NCBI RefSeq assembly: GCF_011386835.1
Contig: NC_088791.1
Span: 88,846,001 to 88,910,000, forward strand
DNA: 64,000 bases
Reading direction: 5' to 3'
Source of the DNA: Chrysemys picta bellii
Lineage: Eukaryota
Program-made: the position numbers and the translations under genes
The notes under the pieces: model-generated
What the model was told of the DNA's origin: nothing
Database searches by the model: none
What the model saw: only the letters and a program-made list of their open reading frames with translations
In this document: positions 35,702 through 47,799 of the stretch, piece after piece
Position numbering within the stretch: the first letter of the stretch is position 1
Layout of the letters: each line of letters starts with the position of its first letter

Positions 35702-36199
35702 CCTACCCTACAGGGGTGCTATGAGGATAAACACATTAAAGATTGTGAGATGCTGAGATATTACAATAAGAGGCAGCAGAACATGACCTAAGTAACTAAG
35801 ATAGGTAGACCTGGGTAGCATATAGTGTAATGACAGTGGTTCTGTTGTTAAAGATGAATTTATCATTGTATGCTCAGCTTCTCTTTCAGGTCATTCATTC
35901 CTTCATGTGGATTGAGGGGCTTGTTTCACTCGGTTTGGTAACTGCTGTTATTTTGACCATGTTTCAGGGGGTGCTGGAAAGGTTCCTATTGCACATGCTT
36001 CTTTAATCCCTGTTGGAGGTAAATGCTGAATCCTTTAGTATCTGATGTGGCACACTATGATGTGTAGCAATCCTTATTTTTCTCTGTCTCCTACATATTT
36101 TTAATTTAAAAATACATCATTCCCTGTTTGAATAAACTTCCATCTACAACACGTTTTACCTCTTATGCTTAACAATCTGTCCCAATTTGTTTATTTAGC

Positions 36200-36320
36200 T
36201 CAGACACTCTGGTTTCCTTCCCCAGATCTGAAGAAGAGCTCTGTGTGGCTCAAAAGCTTATCTCTCTTACCAACAGAAGTTGGTCCACTAAAAAATAGTA
36301 TCTCACCTAACTTGTTTCTT
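36200..36320. mobile_element. Penelope-like short fragment; an inverted relative lies at ~37445-37545
   Basis: CTGAAGAAGAGCTCTGTGTGGCTCAAAAGCTT...GTTGGTCCA and its reverse-oriented relative. Confidence 0.45.
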
Positions 36321-39004
36321 CCATCTATGTCATTCACTGAAGGAGACTGTCACAGCTTCCCGGCTCTTTGAGCTCTGGTCAAGTGAAAAAGTTCTCCTCT
36401 GTGGTTCAATGAGTCATGTTTCTGTTGGTGCTGTAGGTAATCTCTTCCTCTCTCAGGTATTTTATGCCACAGGCCTGTACTAAGATATTTTTTCTTCACC
36501 CAGCTCTTAATGTAGCACTGAGAAAAATATCCTCCCAGTTCAGCACCTATGAAAATAAGGGGAAGTCCTGGAAGGCTATAGATGGCTCTTTGTTGAACAG
36601 TTATGCTAATGGAGATTGCACTCTGACAAAGAAGGACTTAGAGTCATGGTGAATGGTTGACTTGAATTCAGCATTTGTGGTGACCTTGGTGCTAATCACC
36701 AATAGAGGAGACTGTTGTGCATCGGATAAAGGGGGCTGAGATTTTGATCAGGGACTCAAGGGAGAGAGGTAGCACATTGAACCCTAGGTATTATTCTGCT
36801 GTCTTGTAATGTAATTTCTGAGCATTAGTGAAAATTGGAATAAAAGTAACCGAGTACATTTTGCTGTCACAGGATCTGATCCAAGCATTTAATTTCAGCC
36901 TTTTGTAGCCTTCTAGATGAATCTGGCAAATTTGGCCCGGGCTTTTTTAGGGTTTCAAGTTTTGAGAAAATGCTAAGTAATTTTCAGGGGGTGTGGTCCC
37001 TCACAAATTGAACCCGCCCCAGTTCAAGGCAGTTGTGTGACTCCAGATCATCACATTTTGCACAGCTCTATGGTATCTTTAACTTTTCAGGTAACAGGCT
37101 CATTGAACACAGCATGAAGTTAAAGAGAGTGGCCACGATTTTCAGAAATGGCTAGAGATTTGGGATGCCTCCATTTTTGGGAGCCCAAACTAGCAACACC
37201 TTAAAGAGGTCTAATTTACAGAAAGCGCTGGCCATCCTCCCTTTGAAATCAGGTGTCTCAAGTTGAGTATCCAAAATCTCTAATTAGTTTCATGATTCAG
37301 TATTTGAAGGCAAACCAGTTGCCTACTGTAACTGTTGATCTTTTGATGACCAAATATTTGTGATAGATTGTCAGCCAAGCCACCTTAGGTTTTGCCCTGA
37401 ATATGCCTGCTAAATCCTAATCAGTGTGTTCTTCCTGTGTTGGTCCCAGGATATTAGAGAGACAAGGTGGGTGAGGTAATATCTTTTATTGGACCAACTG
37501 CTGTTGGTGAGAGAGACAAGCTTTCGAGCTTACACAGAGCTCACCCACGCTGTCTGTGCTAAGTCCTGATTTATGTTATTAGTAGTATTTGTTTAGCAGT
37601 AGCATGTAGAGGCCCCAATAAGGGATTGGGATTGTGCAAGGCACTGTACACACCCAGGCCATGTCGATACTACAGACACTACAATGGCAGAGCTAAGGCA
37701 CTGCATCTGTACCTCAATAGCACCATAGCGTAGACGTTTCCTAGAGTGACAGAAGGGTTTTTTCCATTGCTGTAGCTAATCCACCTCTCCAAGTGATAGC
37801 TGGATTGCTGGAAGAATTCATCCATCGAGCTAGTCATGTCTACACCAGGTGTTACATCAGCTTAACTAAGCACTGAGCGACATAGCTAGCTCAGATTAAA
37901 TTTTAAGTGCAGACCAGAACACGTAATGAAAAGATGGCCGTTGCCCCAAAGAGCTTATAATTTAATATACATCATCTTCTTCACTATGTTTTCCTTTGGC
38001 ATTTTGCTCTTTCTTTTGTCTGGGATCTTTCCCTCTCTATATCCCCATTGCATAAAACCAAGGAGTTTGCTTCCGGTGCTGTTTAAATGGAGGCCATCCA
38101 ACCAGTGCATCCCTGAAAGAAAAGCACTGCTCCACAAACCAGCACTCATTCACTCTCTATAGTTCTGCTTTATTCAACAGCGGCTCTGTCAGAATCCCTG
38201 CAAAGAATGTTGTGTTCTGTTCTAGGGTCAAGTCTCCAAAGTCATCTGACATTCTGCCCGTTAAACCAGCTGGCTGTTTCATTACAATCTTAGCACATTC
38301 ATTAACCTGGCATGTTATTTTTCATGCTGCCTTCTTTCCCATTCTGCTCTTCTTCCCGCCTTAGTCTACAACAGTTATCTCCTGCACTGACCTTTTGATA
38401 AATCCTCCCCATTGCCTGATCTTTCTTAGTAGCTCCAGCTGCCATTCCTATCCACATGGCTTCTCCTTGAGAAGGGTAACTTGCTTGCACATTATGCAGA
38501 GGAAGACCCTTGCATCTTGTCACAGCATGAGCATCATGTATCTACATCACTTATGTTAGTTCAGTGGCTGCTGCCATTCCTTGTTGTTGTACCTCTGGTC
38601 TCATGGAGTGCTTCCACTGGAGGTGGATGAGGGAGACATTTCCACGTGTGCCCAGATTGTTGCTACCATGCTGATGTCCCCTTCCAGGACTCAGTCAGTC
38701 TCACCTTCTCTTATCTGATTGCACCTGGATCTGGATTTTTTCTGGCATTGGCTTGTTCTTCAATTCTTCCCTCTTTCTTCCCGAATGAATTCAGCACTGG
38801 TGGACAGCAAAGTCTTCCATTGATCCACAGGGCTGACAGTGGCAGTGCAGGCTTAGCCACCCTGTCCTGCCAAAGGGTAATTCACTCTTGGATCCATTCA
38901 CTCTTTGGCCTCTCTGCAGTTATTCCTGGAACTGCCGACAAGACTGGTAACTGTTACCATAACTGACAATAGTTAGGCTGCTGGTGTGCTGAGACCACTG
39001 CCTG

Positions 39005-39200
39005 TCATGATGACCAATATTGTCTCACTGTTTCCTTGTATTCCCCCATCTGTCTATATCCATCTGTTGTCTTATACTTGGATTGTAAATTCTTTAAGGC
39101 AGGAACAGTCTTTTTGTTCTGAGTTTGTACAGCGCCTAGCACAATCGGCTTCCGCTCCATGACGGGGGCTCACAGGTGCTACAGTAATAAAAATAAATGT
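39005..39200 (+). mobile_element. L2-like LINE 3' tail
   Basis: GATTGTAAATTCTTTAAGGCAGGAACAG...TGTACAGCGCCTAGCACAAT...AATAAAAATAAAT resembles the L2 3' end. Confidence 0.6.
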
Positions 39201-39292
39201 TGGTGGCCTTTTGGATAAGGGAACTTGTTAATTAAAAATGGATTGAAACCACCAATTTATTTCATGTAAGCTACTGAAGGACAGTCAGAGGG

Positions 39293-40102
39293 CTAAATTC
39301 CCTGTAAGCCCTGCTGTCACACAGCAGCCTATTTAGCGCTGCACAGGCGCTCAGGCAACCCGCCTGGCCGGGACCTGCCCCAGGCCGGGGGAGTGGCAGC
39401 TGGAATGCAGCCCCAGCAGGACCTGCCGTGGCATCCAGGGAAGGGGTGCCTATCCTGCAGCCCCAGCCCAGCCCCAGCCTGGACCTGCCGCAGCTCCGGG
39501 AGGGGCGCCTATCCCTCGGCCCCAGCCCTAGAGCTGCCACAGCAGGGAAAGGCGCCTCTCCCCCCCCCATCCTCCCCCCACCCCCCTAGCCCAGGAGCTG
39601 CTGCAGGGGGAAAGAGAGATGGGGGAGCCCTCACTCCACACTGTAGCCCCGAAGCACCCTCCAGCACTCCAAACCCCTCATGCCCAGCCCCACCCCAGAG
39701 CCCTCACCCCCCCCCCCCACACTCCAACCCTCTGCCCCAGCCTGAGACCCGCATCCCTGGCCCTACCCCAGAGCCCACACCCCCAGCCGGAGCCCTCACA
39801 CCCCTGCACCCCAACCCTTTGTCCCAGCCCTGATCCCCTCATCCCCAGCCCCACCCCAGAGCCCACACCCCAACCCTCTGCCCCAGCCCTGAGCCCCCCA
39901 GCCCTGGCTCTACCCCAGAGCCCACCCCCCCAGCCAGAGCCCTCACCTCCCCCCCGCATCCCAACTCTCTGCCCCAGCCCTGAGCCCCCCCCACCCACAC
40001 ACACTCCAAACCCCTCGGCCCTATGTGACACATCGCCTTCATATTGATGCACATAACAAAATTCATTCCGCACATGTATGGGAAAAATTAGAGGGAACAC
40101 TG
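39293..40102. mobile_element. hAT MITE with C-rich tandem repeats
   Basis: Right TIR AATTAGAGGGAACACTG; left TIR eroded; 8-bp TSD TCAGAGGG/CCAGAGGG. Confidence 0.75.
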
Positions 40103-40230
40103 CCAGAGGGTAACAAATTTTGATCAGTAACAACCTAGTTCACTACCTACTTTACTACCTCCCTAAATATGCCTCTTCCCAAAAGATTAAATCACTGGTA
40201 TCCTTTATCATTATGTAAGTGAGTAATGAT

Positions 40231-41515
40231 CAGGGATCCTAGAAATCCATTTGCTGCAGAAAAACATGGGATTTGCGTTTTTACTGAGAATTTTTAGTTT
40301 TTACATTTTGTGAAAAAATAAAAACATGTACAGTATTAATTATTAACTAAATTAACTGAAAGTACAAGTCACTTATTCAATGTGTGCAGCCTCCCGCTCT
40401 TGTGGTTGATTTTTGAATGCACTTTAAATTTACATAACTAAATGTACTTCAATAAACTGGTTCCGGAGTATAGAGGTTACTCAACGGTGTATAGGGTTCA
40501 TATTTTAATGTATCTCAAATTTCACTTCAGATGCTGAAAACTTTAAAAATCACCGTGTCACTGAGTTTGGCAGGACAAATTTCATGTTGATGGCAATGTG
40601 TTGTTCTGTACTGTATGCAGTAAGGCTATAGATTACGTTCAAAGGCAGACAATTGTAGAACACATGGAATGCACTAAACATAAAGTGAATTAAAAAAAAA
40701 TGAAAACAAGAGACTGAAACAGCAGGGCCATCGACAACAGTAAAGAAACAACGCACTGTGATTGGATCATTCCAGCATTTTACAAATGCCAAAGAACAGC
40801 GTGAAACTGTCACTTCTGATTTTGTTCAAATGTGTGTAAAAGCAGACATTCCTCTGCATAAAATTTTACTTGGTGTCAGAGTTTTTTGAGCAAGCACCTT
40901 AAGAGAGGTGGTGCCATTTCCAAGTCAGAACAATTGTATTGCCATTACTTACCAACTCTTTGTGCAGAGAAAAAACAGCACCTTCTCAATGGCCTGAAAG
41001 GAAACTTAATTGCCGTGATCACCAATGAAACAACCGACTTCCAAAACAGACCAGTTTTCAGCATTTTATTTCAGATGCTCAAGACAGACCCTCCTAAGCA
41101 TGGTGGGCATTACCCCACCACAGCTTGTAAAGACAGCATCCCTGGGAAAAATTAATCATGCAACCGTTTCACAAGCCTTGATTTCTTCTCTGGTGGAATT
41201 CAGTATCCCACTTGATTGAATATAAGCATTTGTAACAGACAGTGCGAGCAACCTGGCAAAGGCTTGGAATGAGGTGCTTTGCTACCTGTGGTCATTTAGT
41301 CACTCTGGCGGGAAATACTTGGCAAGATACCTTTAAGCAAGTGGGTCGCTTTGTCACTTTGATGAAGTCACTGTTAGTGAAACTCCAGCTTATGGTGCAC
41401 GGTTCTTGAGATACCTGAATGACCAGAGTGTTGATTTGCCAGCACTTCCACCCGAACCAGTTGTGACCAGGTGGAATACATGGCTCAATTGTGTAATGAT
41501 TGATGGCACTGGTAG
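40231..41515 (+). mobile_element. Decayed hAT transposase remnant of the CGGBP1-related group
   Basis: Pieces DFVQMCVKADIPLHKI, FLSKHLKRGGAI...YLP, IAVITNETTD...VFSILF, INHATVSQ, AFVTDSAS, PPEPVVTRWNTW, with stops and frameshifts. Confidence 0.7.
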
Positions 41516-42697
41516 GCTTCAAACTTGCTTTAAAACTGTAAATCTATCAATAAAACATTGTATTCAACTGATACCTATTTATATTGTGGCTAGGGAAACT
41601 AAAGTTCAGTTTTTCATTTTAATTGAGGAAAAACATAGGGGTTTATGTTTTTTTATTGGAGAATGTTGTGAGATTTTGTTTTAATCACAGAAAAGTAGGA
41701 TCCCTGGTACTGCTCCAGTTCATTTTCAGATGTGCTACAATCAAGGCTATGGAGGTCGGGCAAACTCTCTCATTTGGCTGTGAAGGGATGCAAGGTCAGT
41801 ATGTGACTGTGACAATCCCTGGAAGAGAAGAGTTCCTCTCACTCTGTGAAGTGCAAGTGCTTGGCCAGCTGTGGCTTCATGTTGGTGAGCACAGGTCCTG
41901 CATCTAAGTTCATGTGGTTTTCATGAACATAACAGGGATATGTGTCCTGGAGTACAAAAAGAATCAAACATTGGAATTTCTACTATGAATTCCTATTCTC
42001 ACTACCTACTATCCTAAAGAAGAAAAGATTCCTACTGAGGAGTAAGTTTGGGGGAAAGGAACCATTCATTCATGACATCCCAAGCTGTGGAAACTCTCCT
42101 ATGAAATGATTTAGAAAGGAAGAGCATACAAAGCACACTATTAGATATACAAAAGGCTGCAGCCTGATCAGCGATGGAGTGGTTAACACAGTGGCTCAGT
42201 CTGTAGTCTCCGTTTGTTGGGAATATAGGAAAGTGCCTAACTTGGAGGAAAACCCCAGTAAAGTCAGGTGATGTGAGTATGCATATTTTTACCTCATGAA
42301 TTTGAACTAAAACTTTGCCTGAGTTCCAAGAATATGATCCATAACTAGTTCTTGTAGCTGTAGTTTGCTGCCAACCTCAGGAGACCTGGCCTAGGCCAAA
42401 CTCCGCACTTAACTTCAATGGAGTTACCTCAGGACTGAATTTGGTCACCTCTCTAAAGCAAGGGGGAAAGTTATATCCTAGAGGTGGGTCATGTAGTTTC
42501 CTGGGGAATAGCACATATCACACTGATCTTCAGCACTCCTTTCCAACATATTCATTACAAAGCACTATTGACAGCAACTTTAAAATGTATTTCTACTCTG
42601 ATGAGTTACTGTGAAACTGTATGGCCTTCCAGCTTTGTTTCTCAGCCATTTCGAGAGCAAATGTATTCAGTTAACCAGGAAAAGCAGTACCCCCTCT

Positions 42698-43021
42698 CAG
42701 GGCCGGCTTTAGGAAGTGCAGGGCCCAATTCGAATACCCAGCGGCGGTCCGGGTCTTCGGCAGCACATCAGTGGCGGGTCCTTCACTCGCTCTGGGTCTT
42801 CTGCAGCACTGAAGGACCCGCCGCCAAAATGCCACCGAAGACCCCTGGAGCGAGTGAAGGACCCACTGCCGAAGACCCGGACCGCCGCCGGGTGAGTAAA
42901 AATTAAAAAGGCACCTAAGTTAGGCACTCTTCTTTAGGGCGCGGAGCCCTCTTAGGCGTGGGCGCGGGGCACTTTTAGGTGCGGGGCCCGATTCGGGGGA
43001 ATCAGCCAAAAGCCGGCCCTG
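42698..43021. mobile_element. hAT MITE (CAGGGCCGGCT TIR)
   Basis: CAGGGCCGGCTTT/AAAGCCGGCCCTG; perfect 8-bp TSD CCCCCTCT. Confidence 0.9.
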
Positions 43022-43946
43022 CCCCCTCTCCCACTCCAAATTTCCAAACTTCAAATTTAACCTGGAATCTGAGAATCAAGCTGGACTCTTCTTGCACATC
43101 GTCACCAGTGATAAAGGATCAGCCAGCAAATTAGCCCATTTATTACATTTTTATAACCCCATAGCAATCCATCAGTGACACCTAGGAGACTCCATTGCGA
43201 TCAACAGAACTTGGCAGTTAAGGAATAAAAATCTGCAAAATAAACCTGGTTTTAGTCATTAAAGTAACAACTCGCTTCCTAAAGGAGGAAATCACCTGAG
43301 TAAGGGTCATGTTCATACATTTACTTCAGGGCAGAACTGCATTTTAATGCAGTTGGCAGGATCCCGTGACTACAACCAAAGGTCAAATCAAATGTCACAC
43401 TGCCACCAACAGTAATAACTAGACTGGCAGCCATCTTGTGAGAGGAGGAGAGAATTGGCTTGAGACACAATCCTAGATTGCAGAGGTAAAAATGCTACAG
43501 TGTGAAGTTTACTGCAGTTCCTGTTGCTCCTGCCCCCAGGTCTCCTGCCACGTCATCTCTATCCTGATCTGAAGCAACCTGTGCACAAGTGACAGAATAT
43601 TAGATCCATCACATAATCACCATGAACTCAGGCAGTCTTTTTGTATTTGTGGTGCAACGCTGCCATCACATGGCCATTCTAATTTAAACAACAACAATTT
43701 AAAATGTTCCTTTCCCATAAGATTTAACATTATTTAGCAGAGCCATCTAGGAACTTGTCAGGTGATGCGGCTGTTAGTTTGTGCACACACTGACCCTCAC
43801 CACAGCAGTAAGGATAGAATTCAGATCCTCATGTTCAAAAAGTACAGGACCTCACTTCTTGAACTAAAAATGAATCTCCTTAGCTATCAGCACTACAGGG
43901 CTGGTGGCACACAGCTGAGCAGCTTTGAATCTATTCTCTGGACAGT

Positions 43947-44716
43947 TAGGGTTGCCAACTTTCTAATCGCACAAAACTGAACACCCCTGCCCCACCCCTC
44001 CTCTGAGGCCCCGCTGTGCCCCTTCTCTGGGGCCCTGCCCCCGCTCACTCCATCGCCACCTCCCTCTGTTGCTTGCTCTCCCCCACCCTCATTCACTCGC
44101 TCATTTTCACTGGGCTGGGGCAGGAGGTCGGGGTGCAGGAGGGGGTGAGGGCTATGGCTGGGGGGTGCGGGCTCTGGGGTGGGGCTGGAAATGAGGGGTT
44201 CAGGATGCGGGAGGGGGCTCTGGGCTGGGGCAGGGGAGCGGGTGCAGGCTCTGAGAGGGAGTTTGGGGGTGGGGGGAGGATTCAGGCTGGGGCGGAGAGT
44301 TGGGGTGTGCGAGGGAGTGCTGGCTCCAGGCGGTGCTTATCTCAGGGGCTCCAAGGAAGTGGTGACATGTCCCTCAACTCCTAGGCTAGGGGTGGCCAGG
44401 CGGCTCTGCGCAGTTCACGCTGCCTCTGCCTTCAGGCACCGCCTCCGCAGCTCCCATTGGCTGCAGTTCCCGGCCAATGGGAGCTACAGAGCCGACGCAC
44501 AGGCGGGGGCAGCATGTGGAGCCCCCCTGGCCACCCCTACCCCTCAGAGCCAGAGGGACATGTCGCCGCTTCTGGGAGCCGCATGGAGCCAGATAGGGAG
44601 CCTGCCAGCCCCACCACCTGGACTTTTAACGGCCCAGTCAGCTGTGCTGACCAGAGCTACTAGGGTCCCTTTTCAACTGGATGTTCTGGTAGAAAACCGG
44701 ACACCTGGCAACCCTA
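43947..44716. mobile_element. hAT MITE (TAGGGTTGCCA TIR)
   Basis: TAGGGTTGCCA/TGGCAACCCTA; TSD degenerate. Confidence 0.8.
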
Positions 44717-45904
44717 TAAGACAGCCGAGGGGCTAGCCATTTCATTATAGTAGTATGTACTGTAGTCTGAATCTTCTTCTGTTTGAATCATATAATCCAC
44801 AACCTTAGTCAACCAAAGTAAATTAAAAGATGCCAAGTGACTTCATTGAGTTTTGGATCAAGTCCCTAATTAAGTGATCTGTCTTCCCCTGGAGGGCAGC
44901 TGTCTCCTAATTAAAGGAACAAACAAATTACACATTCTGCATCTAAAGAGGTGAATCAAGTCCATGTGGTGTACATTTAACCTTGTCCCATCGCATTAAA
45001 TAGCGAGTCTGGGCTGTGTGCAGAAAAGGGTTAAACCCCAGACTAGATCCTGTTATATGCACAGCTGTTTATTAGCATGTGTTACACAAATAGAGAGTGG
45101 TGTGATCCAGAATGTGAAGTCTTTCCTCTTCAATAACTGAGGCCTGGTCTACACTGGCAAGTTTCTGCGCAGTAAAGCAGTTTTCTGCGTTGTAACTCCC
45201 GAGGTGTACACACCACCAAGCCACTTAGTGCACAGAAACTGCGCAGTTGCAGAGCTGTAAAAAACCCCACCCTGACGAGAGATGTACAGCTTTCTGCACC
45301 AGGGCTACAGCGCCACGGTGCCAGTGTAGACACCCTGGTCGATTACAGCGCTGTGACTGGCCTCCGAGAGCTGTCCCACAATGCCTGTTCTCACCTCTCT
45401 GGTCATTGGTTTGAACTTTACTGCCCTGTCCTCAGGTGACCAACCGTGAGTCCCACCCCTTAAATTCCTTGGGAATTTTGAACGTCCCCTTCCTGTTTGC
45501 TCGGTGATGCATGCAGTGGTCTCAGCGTATCTTTCCAGGTGACCATGCCTGCTCCACGCACCAGGCAATCCCCCGCTTGGAGCAATGCTGAGCTACTGGA
45601 CCTCATCAGCATTTGGGGAAAGGAGGCTGTCCAGTCCCAGCTGCACTCCAGCATTAGGAATTATGATACCTATGGACATGATGCATGACAGAAAGGGCCA
45701 AGACCTGGTCACACTGCAGTGCAGGGTCAAAGTGAAGGAGGCGTGGGAGGCAAACCGCCACTCTGGTGCTGCGCCCATGAGCTCCCAGTTCTATAAAGAG
45801 CTGGACACGATACTCAGTGGCAACCCCACCTCCACTGCGAAGGCCACTGTGGATTCTTTGGTGCCTCATGTGCCAGTTGAGAGTGGACTGAGCCAGGAGG
45901 AGGA

Positions 45905-47085
45905 TGTGATGGGTTGGATCAAAGAAACCCCCTTGGGGCTGCCAATGGATGTGCCAAGACTACTTCTGCCCCTGCTTTCCCTGCCAGCTTCAGACTCCAG
46001 CACCCTGTCCTGATGAGCCAGACATGCCAGTCTGCTCCAACACAGACCCAGGGTCTGAACCATGTGCCCCAAAGCTGTAGACTTAACTGAAAGCAATGTA
46101 AGAAGTGTTCCTGTCTTTAACACTCAGATGCCCAACTCCCAATGGGGTCCAAACCCCAAATAACTCTGTTTTACCCTGTATAAACTTTATACAGGATAAA
46201 CTCATAAATTGTTCACCCTCTATAACACTGTTAGAAAGATATGCACAGCTGTTTCCCCCCTTCCCCCAGGTATTATTACATACTCTGGGCTAATTAATAA
46301 GTAAAAAGTGATTTTATTAAATACAGAAAGTAGGATTTAAGTGGTTCCAAGTAATAGCAGACAGAACAAAGTGAATTACCAAGTAAAATAAAATAAAACA
46401 CACAAGTCTAAGCCTAGTACAGTAGTAAAACTGAATATAGATAAAATCTCACCCTCAGAGATGTTTCAATAAGTTTCTTTCACAGACTGGATGCCTTCCT
46501 AGTCTGGGCACAATCCTTTCTCCTGGTACATCCCTTGTTCCAGCTCAGGTGGTATCTAGGGGATTTCTCATGATGGCCACCTCTTCTGTTCTGTTCCATG
46601 CACTTATATATCTTTTGCATAAGGCGGGAATCCTTTGTCCTTCTCTGGGTTCCCACCCCCTCCTTCTCAATGGAAAAACACCAGGTTAAAGATGGATTCC
46701 AGTTCAGGTGACATGATCACATGTCACTGTAAGATTTCATTACCCACTTGCCAGCACACACATATACATATACAGAAAGATTTACAAGTAAAACAGAGCC
46801 ATCTGCAGTCAATTGTCCTGTTTAATGGACGTTATCAAGATTCCAAATCACCATTAATGGCCCACACTTTGCATAATTACAATAGGCCCTCAGAGTTATA
46901 TTTCATATTTCTAGTTTCAGATACAAGAGTGATACATTTATAAAAATAGGATAACCACACTCAGTAGATTATATGCTTTGTAATGATACCTTACAAGAGA
47001 CCTTTTGCATGAAGCATATTTTAGTTACATTATGTTTACACTCATCAGTATACTTTCATAAAATGATACAGAGTGCAACGTCACA
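45905..47085 (-). mobile_element. Solo LTR, same family as 15015-16156, inserted in E2 Myb exon 1
   Basis: TGTGAT...GTCACA ends, 5-bp TSD GAGGA/CAGGA; reverse-complement similarity to the 15-kb LTR along its length. Confidence 0.9.
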
Positions 47086-47338
47086 CAGGAAATCTTGGAT
47101 GAGGATGTGAAGGGGGAAGGGGACCCAGAGGCAGAGGATGACTCAGAGGTCAGAGATGCATGTAGCCAGGTGCTCTTCTCTACCCCAGAGGAGGCTAGCC
47201 AGTCACAGCTGTCAGATCTTGGCGAAGCGCAAACAGGAGAGGAGGCCCCTGGTAAGTGGCTTTGATTTGGGGAATCGTTGAAGTGATTTGTTGGGGGCAG
47301 AAGGGTTGAAGAAAGCAGGCTTGTCTCCCACCACATGC

Positions 47339-47799
47339 CTAGCCTGAGTGGTGGAACAGGGTGTTGATTGACTCCCTCACTTCAAGGGAATCTCCGTCAG
47401 AGATCTCCATGAAACTCTTATGGAGATACTGGGCAATCCGCTGCCGCAGGTTCTTTGGTAGAGCTGCTTTGTTTCTTGCCCCATTGAGGGTAACTTTCCC
47501 ACGCCACTCTGCCATCACGGGGGGGGGGGGGGGGGGGAGAGAGACCATTGCTGCACACAGGCGAGCCACATAGGGGTCAGGGCAGAAGCCGCACTCTTGG
47601 AGAAGACCCTCCCTTGATTCCCTGCTCACCTTCAGCAGCGAGATATCTTCCAAGATGAACACAGCCTGTGGAAAATGTGGGGACAGGAATGATTATAAGG
47701 CCCCCCCCTACAGTGCTGGCTCTCCCCAAGAGCCACGTGCCCAGTGTACAGTACAGTCCTGGAATACGGATTTTCCCTGCCCCTGAGGTTACTCACCAT
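47339..47799 (-). CDS. Third Harbinger gene of E2: BEN-domain-like ORF, join(47799..47797, 47665..47339)
   Basis: AAATG|GTGAGT donor, TTTTCCACAG| phase-0 acceptor, open exon AVFILEDISLLKVSRESREGLLQECGFCPDPYVARLCAAMV...WRGKVTLNGARNKAALPKNLRQRIAQYLHKSFMEISDGDSLEVRESINTLFHHSG*. Confidence 0.7.

Larger units (their letters stand above)
33440..35790 (+). mobile_element. MIR-like SINE split by nested insertions
   Basis: Head at 33440-33516; CORE (CCCATTTGTAAAATGGGGATAAC) ends at 33849 and resumes at 35702. A hairpin Harbinger-MITE-like insert occupies ~33517-33788. Confidence 0.6.
36504..41884 (+). pseudogene. F-type lectin (fucolectin) pseudogene: exons 36504-36787 and 41730-41884
   Basis: Exon A: ALNVALRKISSQFSTY...KAIDGS...CTLTKKDLESW*MVDL...ITNRGDCCA/RIKGAEILI...NPR, with TGG>TGA at 36650-36652 and a 2-nt deletion (284 nt versus 286 nt in the paralogue). 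Exon B: CATIKAMEVGQTLSFGCEGMQGQYVTVTIPGREEFLSLCEVQVLG. Canonical splice sites. Confidence 0.88.
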
